A stretch of 58,954 nt of DNA, the filler included, from Bipalium vagum (Eukaryota): assembly GCA_037834085.1 (NCBI GenBank). It is 3 parts of 3 records of this genome, joined end to end, with 100 filler letters (N's around TTAATTAATTAA, not from the genome) between each part and the next. Parts side by side here need not be neighbours in the genome. Positions count along the whole stretch, not along the records: positions 1 to 15,684 come from JBBMKC010151800.1; 2 more parts are not named here. One strand, written 5' to 3'. Position numbers and translations under genes: made by a program. A model generated the notes under the pieces. It saw only the letters and a program-made list of their open reading frames with translations. It searched no databases and was not told where the DNA came from. Below, piece after piece: positions 1 to 11,850 of the stretch (its first letter is position 1; the number at the start of each line of letters is the position of its first letter).

Positions 1-752
1 AGGGAATTGACATTCCCCAATGATAAAGCTGGTCTACGATTGATTGATCGTCTGATCAGAATAGTATATAAGGAGTTTGAATCCGCAGTGGATTGCCACA
101 GGAAACTGATCGAGAATTGGTACGATTGTTAACATTTTTATTTGTCGTTATTGTCAGAAGAAGTATCAAACCGGTATTTGTCAGAAGAAGTATCAAGCCG
201 TAGTGTCAGAGGAAGGATCAAGCAGTAGTGTCAGAAGAAGGATCAAACCGTTATTTGTCAGAACAAGTATATCAGTTTTAATGCCCTTTATGCGACAGGA
301 GCAAACTATGGGTCCTGTGCGGTTAGGGGGTTTCTGAGCGGACCGGATTGGGCTCAGCTAACCACCCTTTGGATCTGTCGTCTCAAGCGGTGAGAGGATT
401 TAAAATTGTTATCCATTTTTGTTTCTTTTTTTTTAATAGACATTGGACATTTAATTATTTAATTATTAATTACTATTAATCGATTTTTTTAGTGTTAGTA
501 TTTGAACTTCATTTACATTTGATCGTAATTTTTACTTATTATTGATTATTACCTTTTGCTTTTCAGTGAGATACAATTGATTGACATTTTAGTGATTATT
601 TGGAATATTTTGTATTGTTGTTGAAGCAATAAAGTGGTGTATTTAGTTGTTTGATTCATTCAATTGCGTACACGTATAGGAACAAGTGGAGGGGTCAGTA
701 ACGTTTCGAGCTAAGGTTACGACTGGGTTCATAGTGAAATAATATCGTAACA
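1..752 (+). mobile_element. LTR of an LTR retrotransposon (5' part outside window)
   Basis: Ends ...AATATCGTAACA (canonical CA terminus); TATATAA near 65, AATAAA at 628; second, inverted copy at 1437-1849. Confidence 0.7.
152..270 (+). repeat. 5 tandem copies of a 25-27 nt unit (TGTCAGAAGAAG[T/G]ATCAA[A/G]CCG...) inside the LTR
   Basis: Units visible directly, starting near 152, 179, 204, 229, 256. Confidence 0.9.
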
Positions 753-759
753 CTTCTGC

Positions 760-950
760 AACAGGATAATTCTCGTCCGCATACTGCGCGAGTAACGCAA
801 AATAAAATTACTTAATTAGAAGGAATTGCAAGTATACCACATTCTGCATTCAGTCCAGATCTGGCACCCAGCGATTACCGTCATTTCCTTAGAGGACGAC
901 AATTTGAAAATATAGAACAAGTTGAAAATGGATGTCGTGAAATGATACAT
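760..950 (+). mobile_element. mariner transposase relic
   Basis: QQDNSRPHTA and PHSAFSPDLAPSDYRHF match mariner HDNARPH / YSPDLAPSDY motifs. Confidence 0.8.
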
Positions 951-959
951 GAAATAAAT

Positions 960-1430
960 TATATTCCAAGCCAAACATCTAGAAAAAATTAGGAAGAATG
1001 ATAATAAAATTAATTATGATAGGTAAAGTTTAATTTATTTAAGGACTAGAAAAAGCAAGTAAAAATATTACAAATCAAAGAGTATTTGAAAACTCAAAAT
1101 TTCATCATCCTGAAAAAAGAAATATATTAGCAAATGAACTTCACAAAGAATTTAGAAAACCTAAACAATTTTTAAAAGTAAAAAATAAAGATGACATTTG
1201 GTTAGCAGGTTTAACATGTATGTCATTAGACAAAGCTACGCGAACACCTGGAGAAATAGACTACAGTAATATTTTAACTGTAATAGATATATTTACCAGA
1301 TATGCTTTTACTGCTCCTTTAAAAGATAAAACAGGAAAATCTATCACTGGTGCATTTATAAAATAATTGAAAGATATACTAAGAAAAATTATGGGTTGAT
1401 AAAGGTATAGAATTTTATAATAAAATTTAA
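960..1430 (+). mobile_element. Polinton/Maverick-type retroviral-like integrase (rve) fragment, frameshifted
   Basis: LANELHKEFRK...DDIWLAGL...ILTVIDIFTRYAFTAPLKDKTGKSITGAF...LWVDKGIEFYN. Confidence 0.75.
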
Positions 1431-1436
1431 GAAATT

Positions 1437-1849
1437 TGTTACGATATTATCTCACTATGAACCATGTCGTAACCTTAGCTCAAAACGTTACTGACCCCTT
1501 AACTTGTTCCTATACCTGTACGCAATTGAATGAATCAAACAACTATAAACAACACTTTATTGTAAAAATAACAATACAACAAATATTTCAAAAAATCAGT
1601 AAAATCTCTGCAATCAAATGTCTTTAAAGAATAATCAAATTTATTACACTGAAAAATCAAATAGTAATAATCAATAATTAAATAATTAAATTTTAAGATC
1701 AAATAAGTATATGTACGTAAAGTTTTATTAAAAAGAACACAAAAAGTGAATAAAAATTTATATATGCTCACCTTTTGTGAAAACAGGTCCAAAGGGTGGT
1801 TAGCTGAGCACAATCCGGTCCGTTCAGAAACCCCTTAACCGCACAGGAC
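1437..1849 (-). mobile_element. Partial second copy of the same LTR, inverted
   Basis: Reverse complement of ~1437-1563 matches ~627-752; reverse complement of ~1783-1849 matches 312-378. Confidence 0.85.
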
Positions 1850-1854
1850 AAAAG

Positions 1855-1950
1855 AAAGAATTTTATGAGTTTTCTTAGCAAATAAAGCATGGACACTTTT
1901 AACCTTATGTATTGTACAATTATCCATTATTGTTACATTATGAAGATTTT
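1855..1950 (-). mobile_element. Tc1/IS630-type transposase fragment
   Basis: Minus-strand IMDNCTIHKVKSV (DDE_3 'MDNxxxH' motif). Confidence 0.55.
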
Positions 1951-2970
1951 TTCTATTTAATTATTCTTATTATTCAGATATAAATTTCGAATAGTGCTTT
2001 CCATTGAAAGAAGACAAGATAAGTTTCTGATAAAAATTTTAATTTGTTACTAATATATCTTAACATGTAACTTTCGCTCGAAAAATCAATAACTCCTCAC
2101 AATAGCCCTTTATTTATAACTTTATCTCTACGTCGAGATAAAGTTAGACAAAAGAATAATTAATTACCTCGATGATGGGGAGTTTATTTCCTTATCTGGA
2201 ATTCAATATATCAAAATCTCAACGTCCAGATTTTAATATATTACTTTTAAAAATTCTAATTTTAATTAATTAATATTATTATTCACCAAGTTCATTATTA
2301 TTAAAATCGTTATTATTGCCAAAATCGAGTTTTGTGTCTTTGGCAAACCCCAAAATTGTATGAGTTGCAGGAAACAGACTCCTTTTTTCTGATTGAACGC
2401 TCTTCTTTCTTGGTACAGTTTTAGTTAAACTCCATCTAGAATGATCTAATCTTATTTCGCCAGAAAATTATCCTATTTACATTAATTCTTAATAATTTGA
2501 ATATGTATACGTCAAATCAAGGTTCTTCTCACTTTTTCTAGCAATCGGAATTAGTCGGCAGCGCTTTAGAGAAAAATTAAATTCATAAATTGCTTATTTG
2601 ATTGCTGATGATGATTTGAAAACAAAATGTTCATCACACATTTTCAATCTGAGATTTTTTATTATTATTTAACAGTCTCCTATTATTGTTGTGTAAAATT
2701 CTTGTTCTCTTTATTTTATGGTATTTTATTTTCTTAATATCAATTAAAAATTATGATTTTTCATAATATCTCGCTTTGTAAATTATATATTTTTTGATAT
2801 TTTTAAAATAAAATAATGTTTTGTGTTATTATCTTAAGGATATTTTTTTTATAATAAATTAAATAGTAAGGTTAAAGAATTATTGTTTAGTTATTACAAT
2901 TATATCATTATGACCCCATATATTTTAAATTTGACGGTTCTCTTTTCGGAATATTTACTTATTTAGCATC

Positions 2971-3658
2971 ATGTTAAAGTTAATGAAAAGGATATTAGTT
3001 TTTTTATTAATGATTATAGGTAAGTAATTATTTTTAATTTTTAAAATTATTATAAAATTACAGGATTTACTAATTGTCAGAATACGATTTATGATTTTTC
3101 TATCAAAGGAATCAATGGTGATATTATAAGTCTGTCTAAATATAAAGGGAAAGTTTTATTATTTACTAATGTTGCCAGTCAGTGTGGATATACTGACAGC
3201 CACTATAAAATGTATAATGAATTGGAAGCAAAATATGAAGATCAAGGTTTTCACATTCTGGCATTCCCATGCAACGATTTCTGGAGACAAGAACCTGAAG
3301 TACCTCCGAAATTTTAAAAACAAGTTTCATTTTTAGTAGAGTGCAGAATACGTTTCTAATTGGGCCAAACGTGAATACGGGTGTAACTTCGAAGTTCTTC
3401 AGAAAGTCAGTTTCTATGGCAACTCAGATGAGTTCCCCGACGTTTGGAAATTTATTTTAGGCATTTCAATTACTTTAAGTTATTATAAATTAATCAATGC
3501 ATCTTGTAATAGATCAATCAGAATATCCGGCCTGGAATTTCTGGAAATATCTGGTGGGTAGAGATGGGAAATTTATTGAATATTTCAGTCACTACAATGT
3601 GCAGGACGCTCTAGAGCCTGCAATTTTGCGAGCTTTAAACGCAAAAGAAGAGCTTTAA
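2971..3658 (+). CDS. GPX7: ER-resident cysteine glutathione peroxidase, GPX7/8-like, ~183 aa; exons 2971-3019, 3064-3299, 3340-3460, 3513-3658
   Basis: Hydrophobic N-terminus MLKLMKRILVFLLMIIG; NVASQCGYT (Cys, not Sec); ILAFPCNDFWRQEP; PAWNFWKYLV; C-terminal KEEL-stop; introns of 44, 40 and 52 nt keep frame. Confidence 0.92.
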
Positions 3659-4529
3659 TTATTTTTTCTAGGAAGTTTGTCTTGAAATTTGATTGGTGCC
3701 TTTCAAATACAATTCTTTTTTTTCGGTGATTTTCACTATTTTACTTTTGTCTTAGCAGTGTAATATTTAATTTCAAAATATACTTTTACCCGCCTTGCTT
3801 AATTATTTAAAGAAACTTTTATCATAAAATTATTAATTGTCATCATGACCATATTTCATTTTGTGGGTTTGTACAAAGGCATATCCCATGAATATCTTGA
3901 AGTAAAGAACTATGGAAAGAAGAATAGCAGAGGTAATATTATTAATAAGAATAAATAATTATGATATAATAATTGAGCACTTGAGAATTCGTGAATATAC
4001 AGCTTCTTGAGTGGTAATTCGAGGTATTAAGTTGCCATTCAGGGAACTTTAATATTTTTTGAAAGTTTTTGAACCGGATATATTACAGGACGAAATTTGG
4101 CGTGCATATGACTATGATGTCATATTTTAAACCAGCAAAGTACGCCCAATGTCAAAATTTGATATGAATACGTTTCAAAACTGACACAAAATATTACATA
4201 ATTAAAGCATATTTATTTTTAAAAATTCTTATGCTTAATTGATTTGATCCTCTTCTGAAATAATTTACTCCAAATCAGTTGATTTTCCAAAATTAGACGC
4301 TAAAATTCATCATGTCAATACGATCAATAAAAGTCGGACTATTTTTTGCGATAATTAGATGTGCTTTGCATTAATTTCCGTTCCAAATAATTCTCTAATT
4401 AAAGTCCCCCAGTGACCCGGAAACACACTCTTGCTTGTACTCAGTTTAGGACTTTTATCTTTTTCTAGTATTCCTCACTTAATACTTTACCAGAATCCCA
4501 CAGTATTTCACATTTCTCTTCATCTACTA

Positions 4530-5543
4530 CATCATGGTTACCCAACTAGAGGTTCGAGATGGTTTTTCAGGTTTTTGTCTTTTTTATACTAAAATATTGT
4601 ATTTATATTGTTACCTTTGTTCTAATTAACTACTTTCTAAATTTTGAAAATTTAGTCAAATGCTTATTTAATTTAAGGATGAATGACCTGAGTATTTCTC
4701 TACAAGGAGTAAACGTAAAAATATTAAAAGGTAGAGAAAAACTAAATGCTTTTAAAGAAAATTAACATCTTTGATGTCGAAAAATTAAAAAGGTAATATT
4801 TCATCAATCGAAGAAATAGTTGTTGAAGACGAGTTCCTAATTCCAAGTGTGTGTGAACAAATGTGAATCATTTGATGGATATTTTGAAGGAGGAGAATTG
4901 GGAGCTTCTGAAGACTGGGTATAAATCACTATTGGTTTAATTTGAATTACATGTCAGATGATGAAAAGTTAAGACTACTTCTTTGAATAACGCATAAATC
5001 GCGTTCTTGAAATGCAGTTTGAAAATAAAACTCGGGAACAATATTGATGCTTGACAATGAAAATGTTTCCGAAAATTTGTGAAAAAGCACTGAGTGCGCT
5101 TACTCCATTAGCGACGACTTACTAATACGAGTCTGGATTCAGTTCTCTTTTTTCAATCAAGACAAAATCTAGAAATCGCTTGAGTGCGCAAGCAGACATG
5201 CGAATTGTTATTAGCAACAAAATACCACGCTTTGAAAAACTCGTAAAAAATAAACAGGAACAAAGGGTCATCAAATCTGAGGTTGATTTAAAATTTTTTA
5301 AAAATCAAGCATAGATTTAAATTAAGTTTTTTGTAAAATTCATATTGCTTGCACGCAGTTTGGTGAATTTTTTGTTTCCATATATTTCGTTTATACAACA
5401 CATTATTAAAAATTATTTATAAAAACCTTCTTCGGATGCATTTAGTTTTGCTCTTAAATAAATCATTACATGTACTAAAAGGGTTTCCTCAGCATCTTAA
5501 GAAATTTCAGTGGTTCAGCGCAAAAAAATGCTGGGAACTACTG
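4530..5543 (+). mobile_element. hAT (Buster/Charlie-like) transposon, 3' part, degenerate
   Basis: MNDLSISLQG...KLNAFK; FPKICEKAL...ATTY*YESGFSSLFSIKTKSRNRL...DMRI (hAT dimerisation region); terminal GGGAACTACTG (rc CAGTAGTTCCC). Confidence 0.85.
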
Positions 5544-5548
5544 TTCTA

Positions 5549-6950
5549 CACGGTGTCCCATAAGTCCTCGTGGAAAATAAACTTAAATATCTTTCATTAA
5601 ATTGAATTGATTGAAATTTATATTTATATAATATTAAATTATGAGTCTAAGTTTTGTTTTAATATTTTAAAATTACATTTAGCAAATGCCGCTGGATTTA
5701 AAGTTAAGAATCAAAATTGTATTTTTAATGACCAAATTCAACTCAATTTGTGTTAAACGGAAATTAAATGCCGAATTTTGGAAAACCTCACCAAGATAAA
5801 GTGCTAAAAGAGAAGTTTTTCATTATTTTTGTGAGATTGGCTCGGTGGAAGATCTTGAACGTTCTTGAAGATCAAGGCTGATCACTGAAAATGAAGTTCA
5901 GAAAATGAGTGAAGTTATTGAAATTAACCCACAATGCATTGTTCAATCTGTTACAACCACCTGCTTCGTTTCGCGAACAACAACCCATCGAACTATGAGA
6001 GAACAGTTATCATTGAAACTTTTTAAGGTCCATTTCACACAGGAATTAAATGAAGATGATTTGCAAGACAGAGTTGAGATGTGCAAAACCCTGGTCCCAA
6101 TGTTAGAAAATGTGGATATTCAGGAAAATATTTTCTTTCAGATGAAGCAACTAAAAGGATTAGTAAATAAACATAATGTTGGTCAGAAAGTAATCCACCT
6201 ATTACTTTTGAAACTACTAGAAAATCCCTAAAAATCACCGAAGAAAAAAAAGTGTTACCACAGAAACTTTGAATAGCGTATTTTTAAAAATTGTAAAAAG
6301 GATGAATTTATGTACAGTGCAACTTCTATTTTGGACCACAAAATTTCAAAAGTGGTCCAAAAATAGAAGTTGATCCAATATTAGAAGTTAAGACATAACA
6401 AGGCTATAAAACATGTTTTATATGAACATATGTGGATGTAATAATAGAAATTAAAAAAAACAACAATAAGTCCAATAAATAATAATATATTTCAATATTA
6501 AATTTATCTTCTTATGATAATTTTTTACTCATTCCTGATTTTGAAAATGTTATATACGAAAATATTATTTTAAAAAATTATTAAATTTTTAAACAAATTA
6601 TTGACATTTTTGGACCAAGAATTTTATTTTTTATATGAAAATATCGAGAAATATGATAAGTGCAAATTATTGATCCAAATATGAAGTTTGGTCCGATTAT
6701 AGAAGTGGTCCATATCAGAAATTGGTCCAAAATATATTGGTAGTCATTTCGAACAATTGTTGTAAATATTTTTATATGAAATATTATATGATATGATTTT
6801 TTGATATTTATTTATATTTTTATAATTTTTATTAAGTCAATTGACTTAGAATTTGTAATAATTGCTCCATTTTTTATTTAATAAATAATAATTTAAAATT
6901 TTAGTTTAGGATGAAAATGTTAATTTTTCCATTAGTATTTTATTAGGACT
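5549..6950 (+). mobile_element. Tc1/mariner-superfamily element, degenerate, interrupted by a MITE
   Basis: TA + CACGGTGTCCCATAAGTCC start; ORF 5905-6231 (HFTQELNEDDLQDRVEMC, IFF..KHN); C-terminal GSHFEQLL* at ~6740-6765. Confidence 0.7.
6312..6737. mobile_element. MITE-like insert with repeated GGTCCAA..TAGAAGT motifs and a terminal hairpin
   Basis: TACAGTG start; CAACTTCTATTTTGGACCAC / GTGGTCCAAAAATAGAAGTTG inverted pair at ~6320-6372; motif recurs at 6670-6730. Confidence 0.55.
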
Positions 6951-7701
6951 TTTTTCCTGTTTTTTCTTTCGTTATATCATTGTTTTGTATTCATTCAATA
7001 ATAATTTTTTTATATTTGTGAAATGTATTTAAGAAGTGAAGAGAGGAAAATAAAAATAGAAAATTATTAATATTGAAATGAGAAAACACATTAAGAAATA
7101 AATAAATTGAAAATTTCACATGCCACCATTTTCCCATTACTTTTTATGGAGAAAAACATTTAGGTTGACTCCAAGGTAGATCGCGAATATTACATCATGA
7201 AAATATCGAAAGAATAAGGAAGGACCTGGTGAGAGGGTTTGCTTTTTGAATATTTATTAAATCATCGAAAAGTACCATATATTTATTTTAAAATAATTGA
7301 TTAAAAGTTTTCTAAGTTATTTTTAATGACGAAAAAATAATTTTCAATATAATATAATGTAAAAGGGATTTAAAATTTACGAGAAGATTTAAAATTTTTG
7401 GGAAAAAAGTATTGTTGAATTAAAACTGATTCGTTTAGTATTAACATCATAATTTTTTATACTACAGTACCTATTGCATTGAAATCAGGTTGATAATATT
7501 GTGGAAATCCTTGAATTATAATTGATAATTATCAAAGTCATAATAACACTATCGTAAGTGTCAAAATACTATTATAAAGTTATATAACAGCAATGATTTA
7601 TTTAGAAACTGACCAAGGTCCAAAGGTAGAGAGATGAATTCTTGCAATGATTGACACAACTCATTAACATATATAATTACAAAAACAGAATATTTTCCAA
7701 A

Positions 7702-8604
7702 ATGGATTTCAGTTGGAAATATCCACCTTTACCTGGCCAGTTTGTTTATAAAAATTTTAGCTGGTGTTCTTGGTCTTCTTTGGAAATCATTCAAAGAATT
7801 GAAAATGACATGAAGTTTTTTCCAGATGATATTATCATTGCTTCGTTCCCAAAAACTGGAACCACTTTATTACAAGAAATAGTATGGTTAATAGTGAACA
7901 ATGTAGACATAGACCGAGCGAAAAAAACCAATCTTCACAAACGAATGGTTTTCATTGATGAGAATGATGAACATCGGTTTCCGTTGTCTGACAAACAGAA
8001 ATACTTAGATCAATTTCCTCGACCAAGAATTATGAAAACACATTTACCTTTTCGAATCCTTAACAAACAATTGGACAATAATCCTCTTGTGAAAGTATTG
8101 ATACCATTTAGAAATCCAAAAGACACAGCAGTTTCTTTTTACAATTTTTATAAGGGAATGAAAAGTTATTATGGATCGTATAATGAGAGCTGGGATACGT
8201 TTTTCGATAGGTGGATAGATGGGTGGATAACCGGTGGTGATTTTCTTGAAGTATACAAAGAATGGTGGCTTCAAAGGCACAGACCGAATCTGAAAATCAT
8301 TTTCTATGAAGATATGGTGAACAAAAAGCTTGAAACAATAAAAAGCATTTGTGAATTTCTGAATGTCAATTTGACAGACGAGCAAGTCCAGAAAATTGTT
8401 GATCACACAAAATTTTCCGAAATGAAGTCAAATTCCATGACAAACTATCAGGAAATATACGAGTTTAACGGTGATTTTTCATTTATGAGAAAAGGTGAAG
8501 TTGGAGAATGGAAAAGTTGGCTTACCGTCGCCCAGAACGAGGCTTTGGATAAAAAATATGACAGAACTTTAAAAGAAATTGGACTTCAGTTCAAATATGG
8601 ATGA
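7702..8604 (+). CDS. Cytosolic sulfotransferase (SULT1-like, Sulfotransfer_1), single coding exon, 300 aa
   Basis: 5'PSB IIASFPKTGTT; KTHLP catalytic His; 3'PB RNPKDTAVSFY; FMRKGEVGEWK; KxxxTVxxxE dimer motif. First ATG in the ORF is at 7702. Confidence 0.95.
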   Translation: MDFSWKYPPLPGQFVYKNFSWCSWSSLEIIQRIENDMKFFPDDIIIASFPKTGTTLLQEIVWLIVNNVDIDRAKKTNLHKRMVFIDENDEHRFPLSDKQKYLDQFPRPRIMKTHLPFRILNKQLDNNPLVKVLIPFRNPKDTAVSFYNFYKGMKSYYGSYNESWDTFFDRWIDGWITGGDFLEVYKEWWLQRHRPNLKIIFYEDMVNKKLETIKSICEFLNVNLTDEQVQKIVDHTKFSEMKSNSMTNYQEIYEFNGDFSFMRKGEVGEWKSWLTVAQNEALDKKYDRTLKEIGLQFKYG

Positions 8605-9454
8605 TTTTTGTGAACCAATTTTAATTTATTATTACTGTATTATTAATAACAAACCTGTTGCCACTCAATTTATATTAAATGTGTTAGGTGCTTATTCATT
8701 TGATTGTATTATTGCATTTTTAGGCTCATTTTTTTATTTATCAAACCTTTTCAATAAAAATGTATTTCTCTCATTTGAGAATAATATTTTCAATCTATTT
8801 TCTGTGTATAATAAATGCCGATATTCACGAAATTAAGAACCAAAGCAATAGTTTTTTCAAATTTCTAAAAGAAGAGAATTTTTTATTCAAAATTTATTTT
8901 TAATGACTAAAAAGAAAGAAAACAGGAAATACAGATCTCACGTAAAGCCTGATAAAATAAAGGGGGTCGGAATCATCTTTTCAACACATATTTTCTCTTT
9001 ATGATCTTGAACAAGCCAAATTTACTAAGACTAACTATGATTTGAAATTAAAATCATTTTAAGTTTAAATATTCCGAAATAGGTTAAGGAAAGTTCAAGT
9101 GCGAAATATTTATTTTCCGAAATTAATTAATTAAAAATATAAAAATTATTTTTAATTAAACAATGTCTTACTGATATCAATAATATCAAATCAAAAAATC
9201 AAAAATACAGGAAACGCAAAAGGAAGATCGACCAAATACAGGTTCGTTTTTAATAATTTTTGGTTATAAATAATATGATAAAATGAAAATAATAAATAAA
9301 AACGAAATGAAAAGTATTATTTCGTTATAAAATTAAAAAGATATTTTCGTAATTTTTATCCAATAATTTAAGTGAGTAAAATCTTGATTAAAATCCATTT
9401 ATAAAAAAACGTGGTAATGAAAGTGTATATTAATAGAACAAATTTCAATTATAA

Positions 9455-10690
9455 TAGCTCCTCCTTCGAACAAGGCTATGACTATTTCTCCAGCTATTCA
9501 ATTCTTCTTAGCTTTTTACCTCTAGGGCCATTCAATTCAATTTTATGTGGTGATACAAACCTAGTAATTTCATAGAGACCTTCACATTGGAAATCATGTT
9601 TCTTTTTTCGTTGTGGTTCAATATTAACTAAAACATTATCCCCTATTTTAAATTCCATGTGGCCTCGCTTATCCTTTTCAAACGAACTCATTTTCTTTGC
9701 TGCCATCTCAAAATTTTGTTGGACATCTCTAGAGATATCTGTTTCTAATAAGAAGACATTATTGATGTTTCCGTGAAGGTTTATTAGATATCCAAACACT
9801 TTCAAAAAACGAGAACTTAGTCAAACTCTGCTGTTGGGTATAATTACTAAAGTCTATTCTTGGAAGCAATTCATGTCAGTCTAGTTCATACTAGTTCCAC
9901 CAACCCATTTGAATGATGTTGATAAGGAGACCTAAGGTCAACTTTTGTGTCCATGTCTTTCTATTTTTGCTGCAGTCAAGCACTCTCAAAATTCTTTCCT
10001 CTATCAGTCAAAATGGACATAGGCCTATCAAATTAAAAAATCCAGTTATTCATAATTACCTTGAAAAAAGACTGGTCATCAATTCTTGAAGCAGCACTTA
10101 GACTCACAAATTTGCTGAAACGATCGATGATGACGATTAATAATTTGTAATAAGCTCCAGCCTTTTCCATAAAACCTACATCAACCACGATTTGTTCTAA
10201 AAATTGAGACTTCTTCTGAGAATAAGAACTTCCTTGGTACGTCTCTGATCTATTTATCTTTTAGCACAAATACAGTTCTTTAAACAAGTTTTAATTGTGT
10301 TCCACATTGATGGCAAAAATAATGATTTTTTAAATAATGGAATATTTTCATACTTCCAAAATGACACAATTCTGATGGGATCTTCTTTACAAAGTCTTCT
10401 AAGATACTCTCGGGAATTATTATTAGGTTTTGTTCATTCTTCATTAAAACCAGTAAATTATCAACTATATCCAAATTATCCCATATATTATCTGTCTTAA
10501 CTTACTGAATATGTTTCTCCTCCCCTCTGCCAAATAAAATTTGAACTCAGTTATCATTAAATCTGAATTTTGTTCATTTCTTATTCTATCCATTAATTCA
10601 AGACTAGGATCACATTTCTGAGCAACACTGATATATTTGGTTTTCAGTTTTCCTAATTTTGCATGTTAATTCTTCGTCCGACATTGAGAA
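9455..10690 (-). mobile_element. Ty3/Gypsy LTR retrotransposon pol relic (integrase region)
   Basis: ELCHFGSMK..YLKNHY (integrase Zn region), VIIDRFSKFV, FKIGDNVLV...CEGLYEI (GPY/F), purine tract AAGGAGGAG after the stop. Confidence 0.85.
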
Positions 10691-10969
10691 AATAAAAAAC
10701 TGATAATCTTGAAATCATTTAAAGTTAAAAATAAGGGAAGCAAGGCTTCCACTTCCGAAAATATTAATAATTTAAGATTAAAACCAAAATTATATATTGA
10801 TGATAAAGTTGGAGTTTTTAAATATAAAAATTTATACAATAAATGGACAGGGGAAATATTTATTATTATATAAATGAAATTTATTATAAGAATCCAAGGA
10901 CAGGTGAGTGTGTCATCAATCAAAAGATATAAGAGTCTCTAGGGGCTCAATCAGGTGAGTAAGCCGCAA

Positions 10970-11850
10970 GGAATCAAAGGCTCACTAATATTACTCGTTT
11001 TGTAACATCAGGCCGAGCATTGTCATGCTGCCAAATGAGATTATGTGGTCTTTTGTAAAACTCTGATCGTTTTGGCTCACAAACATTATTTGTTCTCTGT
11101 ACTTGTAACCGTTTGACCTGGTTGTAACATTTCATGATCCTTAATGGTCGTGTCAGATGCATAGCACAACCTTATTTTGTGGAGATTTCTCTTTGGAATT
11201 TCCCTGAGTAGCCCATTGGGTTTCAAAATTTGTAATCAAGATAACTGAATTTTCATCAATTGTTACAATTTAATGAAGAATACGTTTTTTCTTTGACAAG
11301 CAAGCAAAATTTCACAAGTGACTTTACATCTTTTGAGGACTATACTTTCTTGTAAATCTTACATATCGTTTGTAAATTTCGATTAATTGATGATCGACAA
11401 ACACTTAATGATCTTGCTAGGGAATGTTGAGTTTGATATGAATCTTGGAAAACTAATGTTTCTAGATCTTCAAATCGTTTCCTTTATCAGTGACATTCTT
11501 TATTCTCCACACTAAACTAACCCTTTCTGAAATGTACAAACAAGCTTTTTCAAGTTGCTAAAGATGAAAAATTGTCGCTATTAGCCTCAATAAATATTCT
11601 GTAGGTATCGGTAGCTGATTTTCTGATATTGAAATGAAACAGGATCACTTCGTGCAAAAAATGATTATTAGGTACATAATCAGCAACAAAGGTATGTGAA
11701 AAAATATATTGCTATTTATTATGAAAATTTTTTACTGAATAATTTTAAACAAAATTCAAACTACAAAAAATCGATTAAATCGTTTAAACATGTAAATTAA
11801 TTTTATTAATACAGTTATCTTATCAAAGGGTCACTTTTAATGAACACATC
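10970..11850 (-). mobile_element. mariner relic
   Basis: LIWQHDNARP; IVTIDEN; N-terminal HEVILFHFN-type HTH remnant. Confidence 0.75.

Noticed and set aside
152-270. CRISPR-like repeat array
   Set aside because: Units are contiguous without unique spacers, in a eukaryotic LTR, with no cas genes.
2600-2625. CTGATGA...GAAA hammerhead-like core
   Set aside because: No stem II or flanking helices can form.
3165-3195. Selenoprotein GPx
   Set aside because: The active-site codon is TGT (Cys), not TGA.
8044-8406. 120-aa minus-strand ORF
   Set aside because: Antisense to the sulfotransferase; no independent features.
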